In this document: in pieces, positions 23,881 to 38,140 of the stretch
Position numbering within the stretch: the first letter of the stretch is position 1
Layout of the letters: the number at the start of each line of letters is the position of its first letter
From: Mizuhopecten yessoensis
Taxonomy: Eukaryota
Direction of reading: 5' to 3'
Assembly (NCBI RefSeq): GCF_002113885.1
Contig: NW_018405094.1
Coordinates: 259,475 to 323,474, forward strand
Length of the DNA stretch: 64,000 nt
Program-made: the position numbers and the translations under genes
The notes under the pieces: generated by a model
Seen by the model: only the letters and a program-made list of their open reading frames with translations
Database searches by the model: none
Told to the model about the DNA's origin: nothing

Positions 23881-26800
23881 CTACATTTTGGCCATAAGTG
23901 AGTCCACTATGGCCTCGTTGACGAGTTGTGCCGCCTCCACAGCCGTACCCCAGCTCAATGTAACCCCGCTGCCCCCGTGACCGTAATTATGAATAATCTG
24001 AAACAAACAACAGAAAACGCAAGCATACCCAGTGAACTTGAGTGAAGGTTGTAATCTGACGTGGGTCGGCTCTTATCAGTGTATTCTAAGTTATACTCGC
24101 ATTTACATGGTCACATTTTTTTCTAAAACTTTTTTTTTTATCATCCTGTTCATATATGAATTGAGAAAGTACAGTATTTTTTTCATTGAAATTAGGAAGA
24201 GATTCCTCCTTTCCCCCTATTTTGCCTGTATTCGTATCTAAAGCTAGGTTGGAAGGGGGAAAGCGTTGAGCTGAAATTATGCTACGGATCCCGTCCCTAA
24301 CACTGTAGCCGATTTCTGACCCTTTGAGATTTTTTCAGCCTCACCTTCATTTCTCCCTGCGGCAGTTTCAGGGTTTCCCTCTCCAGCCTGACTGGGTATC
24401 GGGTCGGCCTAAGACCCACCCATTCGTCCACGACCTTGGCTCCCTGTACATGGTATATAGAGCATTAGTCCAAACATTGTCCGGATTAAGTAACCAGGAA
24501 GTAGTATATAAAATGGATAGTAAGACAGATAGCTCCGTAAACAACCTCACCCTTACATTGTGACCTCGTATGTTAACAGAACCTCCATGTACGTCATGCA
24601 TCCAATTCTGGTTTTCAATATTTTCAGAAATATATAATAATACATATTTTATTAACGTGTCACACATTTTAAAATACATCCATTATAATGCTGACTAAGT
24701 AAAATAATACATGAGAGCTATAAAACACTGCAAAGATGCTTCACTAATTAAAAAGATAAACTTATCCTTCGAACTTTATCTTAATTTGATGACATATCAG
24801 CATTTATAAAAAGAGATTGCCAGATTTCATCATAACAATCACAATCACATAAAAATGATTTTTGGATTCAACAGAGTTAGAATTACAATATATACAAAGT
24901 CTATCACATAATTGTACTGCAGGTTTAATATAGCGGCAAGACTAGTCTCTATACACAATTGCAAACTTCCATGCTGTAGTTTAGCTAACTTGGTCCAAGA
25001 CTCAAATTGTCTAACCCCAGGATATCAAAGATGACCAGCAGGCAGCTCAGTCGATAAGAGCGATAGTATAACAATCTGAAGTCCAGATTTTGAGTTCCAG
25101 TCTTGTCCTGCTGATTTTTCACACTGACGTTGATTACATGTACATTTAGATATCTCAATTCTCAGTTATCAAAATAATTCTACATAACATATCATCCGGT
25201 TAATTTGTCATGACATATGAACATGAATATGTCATGACCAAATCAAAGGCACGCGGTAAGCTTTTATTTGTATTAAAAAAGATAGATACAATTTATGAGA
25301 CAAAAAAATGTACCACAATCATTAACTGTCGACAGTCACTACATACCTGTAAGGATGGCCAAAGTGTATGACACCTTTCAAGGATTCCCGCTCTGTCTCG
25401 ATGGTCAAACCCGAGACTATAATTCCCCTTCTGTTTACACCCTCCGAGAAGTACATACTCGCCACTATAAACGACGGAAATAAATGGAATTGAGTGTTTT
25501 CAAAGTAGGTATGGTATGAAATACCAGTGTAGTTAACTGGTATTAAATTAAATGATCTCTCTGGTAAATGTTATAAGTTAGACTGTTATTGTTGAGTAAT
25601 GTAACCTACTTTGGTATGAAGTATGTATCGTCCTCTGTGAATACCCATTGCTTTATCCAGGGGGCTTTGACCTAAACAAAAAACAACAAACAATGGTGAT
25701 CATTATTATGTCTGTTACAATGCAACGATTGTTATTCAATTATCACAGCAGGTAACTTTACGCGGAGCTGTTATTGTGCAATCAATCGTTTATAATCGTT
25801 TATAATCAAGGTACAAAGCTGCAACAACATTACCGAGGCACTGGATCCTCTGCTCCGAAAAACCAAACTTAAAAGTGAAACAAAACGCGGCTTTAATACT
25901 TTACCAACACATACGTAATGAATGATACTCAATGTACCCTAACAAGCTGTCCCCATTTTGATAACTCGAATGAATACACACGAGGAACGTTTACAATGTA
26001 TCTGAACAAGTTATACTCGGCTTGTGAATTCCCCAACTAGCACTTATAAAGAATGCTATTCAATGTACCCGAATATGGTGTCGCTGGTCGGAAATTCTCC
26101 TTAGTAACAACACTATTTTGTAAGTAATGTTTTTTAGTATATTACCCGTATAATGTGTCCTCGGACGGGATAGATTTCCTGATCATCAAGGAGGTCTCGG
26201 CTTCCAAGACCAGTACAGTTGACTACTACATCAAATTGACCATAAAGCTAAAAGAAATTTGTTTATATTTGTTTTAGCTGAAGCAATTTTGTTTATCGAA
26301 ATTATTCTTTTTTTACAATATTCAATACAAAATGAATTTGGAAACTTGAAAGTCTGTCTCCTGAACATTTTGCAGGGATATAAGGAAATAATATATTATA
26401 AAGCTAGTATTCAAAAGAATATTAGCATTCATAGACAAATCAATGTCTATATATCTTAGAAACACAAATGTCAGAACAGAAATTAACTTCTCGAGAAAAT
26501 AATGTCATTTCAATCCAATCATGATATAGATATACGTACCTCTGACAGATTTTCAATTTTTCGTTTCTCAACTTTTCCACCGTTTGCTTTGAATCTAATT
26601 AGAAACGCAACAGGAGTCAATTCTATAGTTTTAGACGGCCATCCTATATATGTTTTATAGTATCGGGTATCTGACTGCTTCACGAAAAACAAATTATGAT
26701 TCTAAAGAAAAATGTCACTATAGTTGTCCCGATGTATTTTCCATTGTAAAGACAAGAACCAGAAGTGTTGCCATATTAAACTTTGACAATGAAATAGAAC

Positions 26801-29800
26801 CACGGCTTGCCTGAAAACAAATATCATGCTGCTAACACACCCTCTAAAAACTATTGAAATAACTTATAATTGTAAATCTCCTTCTTGTTTGTGAAATGAT
26901 TCCGAACTGAAGTGCAGACCCACATTAGTGTTAACAGTGACGTCATTACACATACTTGTTCATTAGCCAAGGCATGTATCTCCTCATCTCCGTCAGTACT
27001 GTAGTAATGTGGTAGCCGTACCTATAGTGAAATCAAATACAAAACTCATCTTCATTCTGTTTACTGTATACAAATGCATCCGAAATGCATGCAATACTGA
27101 CGTCAAATCGTAAAAAAGATATAACTTATAGAATACTAGTCTATAGCAATGGAAGACGCTGAAGTATCTTAGATAGAAAGCAGGCCCTGGTGAAAATAAT
27201 TTCAGAAGTTAAAAAGTGTTGTACAGAAGTCCTTGGTTAAGTAGTTTATTTTTCAACAAGACGTGTGTATACTGGCAAAGGCTTTGGGTTTGTGAATCTT
27301 TTGTTACATGTGTCTAAGCTTCATACACAGAGAAATGACTGACATGTTCCTTACTGTTTCCTTACAGATTAAATGTCAATATGTCATACATACTGGTACT
27401 GTGTGATCCCGAGGCTGGTCAGTTCACACTGAGACATCTCCCGACAGTTAAATACAATGCTCTCGTATATTGGGTTCTGTCAAAATAAACGAAATATATT
27501 TTTGTAATAATAATTTCTATATTCAGTCGCATACAAAATTACTGTCGTGATTTATAAGGAACTGAGGATTTATACTCAAACTGAAATGATCTTTCAACAA
27601 TTTTGTAAGTACGTGTATATCATTTTAACAAGCATGAAATAATGGCTATTTATAAGTAGAATAAGGGGATACATTTATCATTAAGATATAATACCAAGTG
27701 TTCAAAACGGATACATATATTTGGACCTCTACATTTTCTCACATCATATTGTATTGTATTGACGCTTGTAATAACGTAAAATAAATAAAAATACAATACT
27801 ATCTCAATATAAAGATATCCTAATTAGGTCACCCGGGTGTTTTGCATCAGGCGTGCCCTACGTAACGGATAGACGAGATTGTACTTTTGATCGACAGTTC
27901 CCTGCCGATTTTCGTGTATATTTACCACAATCTTCTCCTTGCTGAAGATGTACCCTGACGATACGCTGTGTCCAGTCTCGCAGGCCATATCGGAGGTAGC
28001 CATCTCGGAGTAGAACTTCCATGAATCTCTCGCCCATCTCCTGTAAAGAGAAACATGGTCGATCCTATAGCATTGATATCATGTTAACCTCTTCCTAGCA
28101 GGTTCTGGAAGAGAACAAACCTGTATCAAACTGCTCGATGATCAACGAGTCAACTAATTTAAAAATCGTGGATTCTATTATTATCTTCAGAAACCAAAAT
28201 TGATATGGTGCATCAATTACAGCAGTTGTGTTCTAAATGCTCTCTGCTCCTTCGCTGTTTCTTTCATTAGACGCTATGACTTATTAAACGGCATTCCGAC
28301 TTAACAAATATACAAAGGGGTCATGTTAACTAACAGATAATGGAACGTGTGTCACAAAATGTACATACGTATTGAGTATTGCTCACTGGATTTAAGGGTT
28401 AAATCGTCAGTTTTGTGCGTGTATTATACATTTTGTTCACAATCTATATTTGACAACAAATATTACTTCCGTAAACACACCATTCCTAAAGTCTAAAAGA
28501 CTGGTGCGATGGTTTACATAAGAAAACACAATCGTGTGCCAAGTCGATGGAGTCAACAGTCAAGTTCGTAACCAAAGGACACCATGCTTACTTATTTCTC
28601 CTTTTATTAGATGATTGCCATAGAGACAAGGCCTCAGTCAATACACATGGGCAAGCTGAAAGGGTCACTAATAAACTCTTTAGACATGGAAATCATCATG
28701 TTTCTTGTATTCAAAAGCGGTTTCTACGGATGAAAGGTATAACTGTTAATAATGTCATTGACTGTTTTAAGAACAAACGTAACAGCCAGCCTTGCTAAAA
28801 AATCATGGACTACTCGAGACATCCAAGAAGGCCAAGCACTATTACAATTAGCAAAGACCTACAACAGAAAACAATCAAACAATGAAGAGGGAAGATGTAA
28901 GGGATGGAATAGAATATGATAAGGGTACGAGATGCTGCACAAAAGTTCGACACTATCTCAAAAACAAGAAATGTGGTCGCCATTCTCTCAAAATACCAGG
29001 TGAAAAACTCAAACGACTTTTCTACGGATGTCGCTAGCATCATAGAAGGAAAAGACTTGTTAAAAGACGTAGTGTCTCTCTTTACTAACACACTCCATCC
29101 TCGATATCCAGGGGTAACACTAAGTTTCGCTCTCTGCACCCCTGGAATCATCCGCGATATCCAGGGGTTACGTTCACTTTCGCTCTCTGCACCCCTGTAA
29201 TCATCCTCGATATCCAGGGGTTACGCTCACTTTCGCTCTCTACACCTCTGGCATATCTCATAGAAAAACTGAAGGCTCGGTTTGCGCCACCTTGTTGACT
29301 AGTTCGATCCTCCGATATACATCAAAAGAATCTCGCTGTCACGTAACATTAAAAACTGACAGGCTTTGAAGTCGGGCGTTTCTCCTTTGTAATCTTCAAA
29401 GAACAGGCATCAGCCTAGCGATTGGTCAGGTTTTTTTTTTACCAACAAGGTGGCGCACAGCGAGCCTTCAATTTTGCTATGACATATTCCAGGGGTGCAG
29501 AGAGCGAAAGTGAGCGTAACCCCTGGATATCGAGGATGCCCTGGAATATGTCATAGCAAAATCGAAGGTTCTGTGTGTACCGCCTTGTGTATGAAACGAG
29601 AAGGCTAGTTTGATCCTTTGATGTACATCACCAGAATCCCGCGGTCGCGTAACGGTTAAACCTTTTGGCTTTGAAGTCGGGTGTCGCCCCTCTGTAATCT
29701 GCAAAGGACAAGTATCAGCCTACTGATTGGTCAGGTTTATACCCGACACCAATCAAATAGCTTGTCGCGTGCCTTCAATTTTGCTATGACATATCCCAGG

Positions 29801-30328
29801 GGTGCAGAGAGCGAAAGTGAGCGTAACCCCTGGATATCGAGGATGAACACAACCGTGCATACAGCGGGCTGGATCATAAGGGAAAGGAAACAACAATCAT
29901 TCTAGGTGACAATATTAATAGTAATGATTATGATTTCTAATCACTAATTCCGTATTTGAACTGTTGAAATATCACAGAAAATACTATGTTCGTTGACCGA
30001 TGTATAATGCAGGATTTCATTTTGTTCTTAAAAGTCCACTTTTGTTGATTTACGCAGATCGCATATAAAAATATTATATCAGACAAGCAAGTGCTTATAA
30101 ATAGATTCAGTTGAGTCTACATAAAATCGAAAAAGTTTTTTTTTGTCCGAAATGTATAATGAACAGCAACGTAAGATGACTGTCTATAATGATCCAAGTC
30201 AATTTCGTTAGTTGTAAGTCAAGCAATAACGTTACATATTGTATTTTAAATCAAGTGCAAAATGATGTATACATATTACTCTGTATAATATTTATAAGCC
30301 GTCCGCTGCTAGGCATTGTGGCGGAAAC

Positions 30329-30362
<34 letters not shown>

Positions 30363-31690
30363 GTTGTTGTTAATTTGTATTTTTCCTGTTGCACTGAATA
30401 AATACACAACTAACGATGTGTATATAGCTGATATGTGAACTTGAACATGGTCAACTTGGCGGGAATCTGTGTGTGGTCAGTCAGTTATTTGATGTTGCCA
30501 GGAAAAAAATAGTGTAATGACAGAGTTAAACTTTGACATTTTGTATATAGATCCGTAATAGATGAATCATTTTGTAACGTATCCATTAAAGAGTTAATGA
30601 AAAAGTATTTACCTGTATTAATATAGGGTTATATAAAATTATATTTGAAAGCTGATTTTAAAAGACGGCATGTTGATTCGAGAAAATGGAAAGGAAAAAT
30701 AAAATGTTAATTTATTTGCACTTAGGTATTTTAACTGTAACGAAATTTACTAAATGCAATTTAAATCTGTTAAGGAAGGCTTTAACTGTTTATATATTTT
30801 AAAACGTACCCACTCTGAAGGTCAGAGTGATCTGTGTTTATCACGCGGCTCTGAATCATACATGTACATTATATCCGATTTAGGGTTACGTGTGTACGAC
30901 ACGTATTGTTTGTATTATGCATAATGATAATGTTAATAACAACTATTAACTGACTTCTGACAATTTAGTTGTGAAAGGTATGATCTTGTAATAAATGTGT
31001 TTATACTAAATCAGTATGATATAATACCCTATATAAGCTACGTATTGAGAATACCGTGAAGTGTAGTGGTTAGCACGAGTTATACGTCTTGCGTGTGTGC
31101 GATATGAATATCGAGGTTACAGCACGATGTACGCGTGTAGATGGAGTGTTCAATGTAGTGCAATGTCGTCATTTTACTGCTCCCTAGCGAGATAGCTACT
31201 AGGCTACCCACAGTACTAGTGCAGTGTATCGACATCTTATAGCCATATTACCTTTAGCTATCATCTAATACTGACCTAGTTATGACTAGAACTAATATTG
31301 ATAATTCACCGACCTCCTCTGCCCCGGCCGGATATATATATGAAAATTATCTCGTCGTTATCTCGTCGTCAGAAGCTACGTTATCGCAGCTAGGTTATGA
31401 AATGAGGAGGCTTGTATACCTCTTGCTTTGTCTATCGATTATCACATACGATGACACCTGTGTTATCAGATTCTTTATACTATTTATCATATATACCTGG
31501 CGACATCCTCAGGAACCCCCTTGGTGTGAGAAGCATTAGGTCGGAAAAGTCCCCCTGCGCCGATACTTGTCGTGTTCACCTCGAACTTGTCGGCGATTAT
31601 CTGGACAATCACATCCGGGATTAGTTTCTGTATGTTGATAGCGGTAGATAGGCCGACCACGCCTGCTCCTACTACACAAACGCGTGCCAT
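23881..31690 (-). CDS. D-amino-acid / D-aspartate oxidase family flavoprotein, paralogue A, 10 exons, 336 aa, PTS1-like -AKM
   Basis: Exons 31690-31497, 28040-27926, 27476-27394, 27021-26956, 26594-26540, 26247-26146, 25671-25610, 25464-25347, 24443-24345, 23997-23881; all GT-AG and in frame (1011 nt). Motifs GAGVVG (FAD), [43 protein letters not shown]. Confidence 0.93.
29096..29845. mobile_element. MITE-like foldback element: two fused copies (29202-29538 and ~29539-29845) plus two extra 53-bp terminal units, in intron 1 of DAO paralogue A
   Basis: CATCCTCGATATCCAGGGGTTACGCTCACTTTCGCTCTCTGCACCCCTGG at 29096, 29149 and 29202; its reverse complement ends at 29538 and 29845. The interior is duplicated. 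No clear TSD. Confidence 0.7.
30331..30360. repeat. (TG)n microsatellite
   Basis: About 15 TG units. Confidence 0.95.
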
Positions 31691-32929
31691 TTTCTGAGTA
31701 ACTTTTCACTGACAGGCAGCTCGACTGGTCTATGGATGTGTATGTATGTACACGTGAAACTTGTTGTTTGACAAATAGTTCGAGTCAAGTCAACGACTGG
31801 CGACTGTAGATGGTGTGCTCCAAGACTGTTATCTGTTACCTATGATCTAAATATAGACACGACTGTTAAGGTGGTGTTTAAGCCCTACTTAATGCATAGA
31901 AGTCTGAAAACTATTTAATAAAAATGAGGCATTAAATACCAATTGCGTTTCAATTTGAGAGCACGGAAGATTTTACGAGATCTCTATTATATATTGACGA
32001 GGTAGGGAAACACGCACAGGAATAAGAAAGATGTATTATAATAAACAGAGGATCCATACGTATATATCAGTCAACAGTCGAAAGTACTACCTAAGGGGTT
32101 GGCGCAGACGCCAATGATCATCAGATGGATTTGCTCCCATTTATCTTTCCTCGAGACACAGAAATACATTGCTTGGTTTATGTTTTTACTTTTGCCTGAC
32201 AGGTTCTGATGCGCTGACATCAGCACACACGGCCAATGGTTAATAGTTTTGACTTATGTTAGCCAATCTCTTATTGGACGACGGCGGTGTGCTACAGCCA
32301 TTCAAATAACGTTTTATAAAATGTTTAACAGTACGACAAGATCTGTAGACGACATCATTTTGTCGTTGTCTAAAGAAAATGATGCGAGTGATATTAGGGA
32401 GTACGTGTTTGCAATTGATCCTAAACAATCTAATAAAGATCAAATTTCAAGACATCACACAAGAAAATAACGCTCTTCAACTGATACCGAATTCAATAGG
32501 TTACATTTTATAATTAGTCATAAAATATCTATGCATATATATAATAAAGAGTGTTTGAAGTAATAACGTTGTATGCATAAATCAGATAATGAAACCGAAT
32601 ATCATAACAAAGGAATGGGGTTGCTTCTTGCTATACGATACTGCAAAGATTTATTTCTTTTTTTGCTCGGATCTTATTTCCGGTTTTTTCGAATATTGTT
32701 TTTCTGGAAAAGGTCAAAACCGTAGAATTCATAGCAAAATAGTCCAGCCTCACCTTACCACATTGTCCTGTGGTCACTACACCTAATATCTTCGAAGAAT
32801 AGATCCCGTGGAATAGAACATTTTAGCAAAATGTTTCACATTAGTGTAAATAATGTTTCAGCAGAATGTAATGTTTTTAAATACAAAATATGAAATATCT
32901 TCCTTTTTAAAAAATATTAATACATTTCC

Positions 32930-35900
32930 ATATGTTTGATGAGGTTATTTCAGAAACAAATTCTATAACCATTTCTGTCGCTTCAACAGCAGTACCCCAG
33001 CATAGAACCACTCCAAATGAACCATGGCCATAGTTATGTACAACCTTCAACAGCAGTACCCCAGCTTAAAACCACTCCAAATGAACCATGGCCATAGTTA
33101 TGTACAACCTTCAACAGCAATATCCCAGCTTTGAACCGCTCCAAAGGACCCATGGCCATAGTTATGTACACCTTCAACAGCAGTATCCCAGCTTAGAACC
33201 ACTCCAAAGGACCCATGTCCATAGCTATGTACAACCTTCAACAGCAGTACCCCAGCTTAGAACCACTCCAAAGGACCCATGGCCATAGTTATGTACAACC
33301 TTCAACATTCCGTCTGGCAGCCTTACGGATTCCTTCTCCAATCTGATAGGGATTTTCATGGGCCTTAGACCTACCCAGTCTTCTACCACCTTCACTCCCT
33401 ATATACAGGAGAGAACAAACACAAATAATGGCTTAAACCAAGATTGTCTACATCTTCACAACCTGTCTAAACATGAGAAATGACATATTTCTTGAAGGAA
33501 ATATAGTTAGTGATTGTACTAAAACATGTATATCTACCTTACTAAAATGGTTTTGATATGTATTCTTGACCTATTTCAAGGTAGGTGGGAATATAAGACT
33601 TGCATATAATATAAAGCGACTAACGTGGGCTCCCTTCAGATCAGCAGGATTACACTCGTTTTTACATCAACCCCCAACCCCACCCCAATAAGTATTTGTA
33701 CCAATTGCAAGGTTTGAGCCCATTATCGTCCTCTAGTCCCTTTTCCACCTACTGTCTTTTGTATGTGTCTGCCATGGAACACTTATCAGCTACTCTTTGT
33801 TCTACCCTGTGACTCTGTTTCTACCCTGTCACTCTGTATGACCTATTTATGTTGTTTGACCGTAAGATTTCTTATAATAAAATGTTAAACTAGAACGTTT
33901 TGGCTTACTTATTTGACGGCCTTTTCACCGTTAGGACTGATTTGGTCTTTATATCACAAACCTGTTTAAACCTCATGGTCTTTACTCTCTGAGTGCCAAA
34001 CATCTTAGCATCCAACAGATAAAATATCAAGACACTAGACTTCGTAAAACTTAAAAAGATGTTTAAAGCTTGTAACTCAAAATAGTGTAGTTTAACTTTG
34101 ACCCCTACCGGTAACCGAAAGTTAACCTTTGACACAAAATTGTTTCCTGAGAAAAATATAAGCACTTGCATTCTCTACATCATACCAGAATATGGTATAC
34201 TCGCTGATACGGTTTTCCAAATATTTCGGTCCCAGTTTTTCTATAATCAACTCAGCAAAGCACCATATTCTCGCCCCTTCTTCAACTTCAATCGTTCATT
34301 TTTCTATGAAGGAACTGATTGATACAAAAGCGAAACCCCATTTGATGATGACCTTACCCAAGATTTTATTTCTGCAAAAAATAATGCTTATCAGTTATGG
34401 CCCAGTCAAGCATTTAAACGGGACCCATCCTTTGTCTATTAGTATTTTCCATTAAAATCTTTTTTTCTGACTGAAAACGTTTTTTTTTTTATATTATTGA
34501 ATGAATTTTCAAGCACGCGTTACTCATTCTATTATTAGACCGCTGCAAAATCGCAGATGCCCTCTACTGTGAAAATGTTTTATTTGTACCTGACTTACAT
34601 GTATAACATGTTTTGACTTTGTTTTTACATGTATGTAGAGTTAAGATTTGTTATGATACAGTTGTCTCACGTTATACTACGTACTTGTCAATACAGCGAT
34701 ACTAAAAATAGAACTTTTGTACTTTCAAGTTGTTTGATATGCTGGGTTAAGAAGAACATATTCTTGTTCTGTCAGTGTTGTCAGAGCAGCAGGCACGGTT
34801 ACTGTTGATAAATCTGTGGTTTACATGACTGTTCCGATTTGAAAAATGTACAATAACGACAGTAAATAATTTGAAAGAAATTAACGAAGTGTAACATCAA
34901 TGTCAATTATGTCCCAAAAAGATCTTCTGAAAAACAAAACAATATTATTATTTTTTTCTCTCTCTCAAGGCTATAAAAGATAACAAACAAAGGTTTTCTT
35001 GATTGAGTTGAACATTCATCTTCACCCTTATGAAAGTATTTTATTTGTAGATGAGGGTCATGTGCATATTTGTACAAATTGTTCCATTATTCTATGGTGG
35101 TATGCCAATTTTAGAACATAACTGAGCACATAAAATAATGTTTAACCAATACTAAAGGTGTTGACATGTAACAAATAGATATGTCTATATACTACCTTGT
35201 TCAATGGAAATAACTTGGTACTTGAAATTATTCCCGATTGGTTTGAAAATAAACTCATCTTAAAAAGAGACTGCTTTTTAGAATGCACTTGCGATAAATG
35301 CAAAAGTAAGTGAACAGCGAATTTCTGACAATGCTTTGTAAATAAAACTGTTATGAAACAGAAATTGACTGTACTATTTGATTAATATATGTATGCCATT
35401 CATTATGTATATGCATACATATACTGTTCGAGGATATCTGTCCTTGGAGGATTTTCATCCTTTTTTGGAGTGTAATGTTTTAGACTTAAAACGAATACAG
35501 GAGTTGCACTGAAGTTCAGACGAATAAACCCAATCTCGAACGTATTCTTCCAATTTAGAGGAACTGCATATAGCTGTTATGTTTATATATCCGTCATAGG
35601 TTCGTTAAATAGCTCGTATTCCTGTGATAGTGTGTGTCTAGTAGTACATGGCTAGGTCGGAGGCTGCCAGTCGGGAGTAAACACTCCAAGACATCATTCA
35701 CCACCGCCTGGTATGTAAATCATTAGTAAAGAATTCATGTTGTTGTTTGTTCGATATGGATTTTAATACATCAGGATATAACCTTATACAATTTATAGTT
35801 TTACTTAAAAGGCTAGGTGAAAACACGAATATAAACAAAACGTACCGACATAATAACGGCAGTAACATCTCCATATATTCAAGAATTTTCACATTTGCTT

Positions 35901-37088
35901 TATTGGTGGCTTTATCTTTTAGTCAATTTCTTAGAGTACTAAGTCCGACAGATTTTATGTGTATTAGCTGTAACGGTCTTTCTCGATGGTCGGCGTTTTG
36001 TAATAACTTGGCATGTTCGCAAGCTTATGTTTTCGCTGATTTTGTAGAGAAATTAATACTTTAAGATGGGTATTTGTGCCTTAATTTGATTACGAACGGA
36101 AAGACATGCTTTTGTGAAATTCCAAGACCTTTTTTGAATATATGATCTATTTGATGTTCCAAAGACCAATACATCTGAAGCAAATGCTTAGAATAATATT
36201 TTAAGGTAAATTAAACATAATTCATTAAACTAGATATCACAGACCTTTAAAAGAATCCAGTATATCTTTTAATTTGATATCGTCCCACGACCTTAAAAAA
36301 TGCATCAAGATCGTTTTTGAAAAGAAATTGATTGCCCTTGGTTTTATTAGACTACTAGCCAAAAATGCCTCTTGATTATTCACAAGATGTTTTTTGAAGA
36401 TTATGATAACGTATGCCATTGCCCTTGGAGTTTTGGACTATGCCATTCATTTTGACAAAGATATAATATCCGTGTACATCAGTTCGCTACGTTCCAAATA
36501 TGATAACTCAATGCATCTTGCTTCTTCAGGAAGATACAGCCCCTGTGCATTTGGAAGTTGTTCGATGCATATTACGTAATTCATTTTCGCGAACCACAAT
36601 CCTTAATCTCAGCAAGCTCTTGGCCCTATGTTTCTTGGTAGTTGAGCCAGCCGGACAGGCCGATAGATGACAGACGTCACGTAATCTCCAAACTCACAAG
36701 CCGTTCATACCGAGCATGCTAAAATTTAAAGCAGACAAGAAAAGCCTCATCGTGAACTTGTGTAAATAAAACTATAGTATCAGTATGCGATGTCAAGTTT
36801 TAGAACGTCAGCCTAACTGGAGCTTTTTGTTTCTAAGTACCTCCTGGTGTGGATCGAGGATGATGAGATCCCTGAACTGGAAGTCACTTGGTACACCTAT
36901 GATAAATAGATTTATGTCACACGGTTTACCCCATATGGGACACGTGTATCTTGTAAATGTAGAGGTAGGAAAAGCATAGTCCATAACTTTGTTTAATTAA
37001 CATACAATCCACGTGCTCCAGATGTTCTTTTAACTGTCGGCCACGACATTGACCTTTACCCCTGGCAGGACCCGCTGTATATTGATAA
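32930..37088 (-). pseudogene. D-amino-acid oxidase family pseudogene (paralogue D, B/C-like)
   Basis: Exon-1 remnant [17 protein letters not shown] (~37086-37034, no ATG or GxGxxG). Exon 2 (from 35707) has TGA at 35700-35698 where B and C have TGT, plus a +1 frameshift. No recognisable exons 3-8. Intact exon 9 (33398-33300) is fused directly to an internally repeated exon 10; terminal SKL lost. Confidence 0.85.
32981..33299. repeat. Five copies of a 64-bp unit derived from the first 64 nt of DAO exon 10
   Basis: Units start at 32981, 33045, 33109, 33172 and 33236; the minus strand of each reads [21 protein letters not shown]-like. Confidence 0.95.
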
Positions 37089-37749
37089 CGAAAATATAAC
37101 ATGTAGGCTGTCTATGTCATGCGTTATCGGCACATGACATCGTCATATTAGCGCGTGTCTAGGGTATGCGAGGGTTAACACCGACAATCGACTTCAAATT
37201 CCAAATGGGTAATGTAATTAATAGACAATTGCATGCACTCTTAGTCTCTGAATTATCAAAATTCCAATACATATTATTTTGCATACATGATCATCTCATT
37301 AGTATGTTCATTCTTTTTTTTGCAAGCTGTAAAGATAATCCCCTTTTGGATGCAAGGAACGACGTTGTCATGTATCATACAACACAGTAAAATCATTTCA
37401 TCCACCCAGGATTCTAATGAAACATCTCTAATTTCAATATTTTGAACACAATTTTATAATGCGTTTTGATAATAAAAAGATGTAAAGATTACAATCAACA
37501 TTTAATGATCTCCATACAATACTAAAATACCAATATCATTAACAGGATTTCTTTGATAATGCAATCAAATCAAACCCGTATAATGATGTCTATACAGCAA
37601 TACACTCATTAATGCAAATACATACATGTACAGATGTGACAAGTCGTAAAGCTTCGTACAAGATAAAAGATCTTATTATAATAATTTGGTCAATTTTACA
37701 CATATTGAACTGAAATTGTATACATAGGTGAAATATGGCCATGCAAACA

Positions 37750-38140
37750 ACATATCTTCTGATGTGGCCTACTATAATGAATTGTGGTGTGGGTTGGTGT
37801 CGATCTATAGTGGCTGCAAAACACACTTGGTCGTCACTGAAGACAATTTCAGAGATCAACAGTGGATTAGCCTTGTTATCCAACCTATCATCATGAAGTG
37901 TGTCGGACACTACAGCTTAGTGCTCAACAAGACAATACTCGGTGACATATATGGCGTGACATGCAGCAGACTCTGGTTTGTAGCCCAATATTTTTCTGAT
38001 CTCTTGCCAATATTACATGTCCGATCGATGCATTGGAACGCACAAATCAAATAGTTTTCTATCCTTCATGAGACAAGTGATTTGCAGAACACCCTAGAAC
38101 AAATGCTAGCTAATTACTTTGCTATGCTAAATCGGTGTTT
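37750..38140 (+). mobile_element. Degenerate Tc1-like transposase fragment
   Basis: LWCGLVSIYSGCKTHLVV..DN..DQQWI..VIQP and a later SDLLPILHV resemble the Tc1 VWG..S...T.L....G.....Y..IL and SPDLNPIE.W regions. Confidence 0.5.

Noticed and set aside
25009-25138. Degenerate tRNA-like A box (GCAGCTCAGTCG), possibly a solo LTR or SINE head, in a DAO-A intron
   Set aside because: B box and boundaries are too decayed to call.
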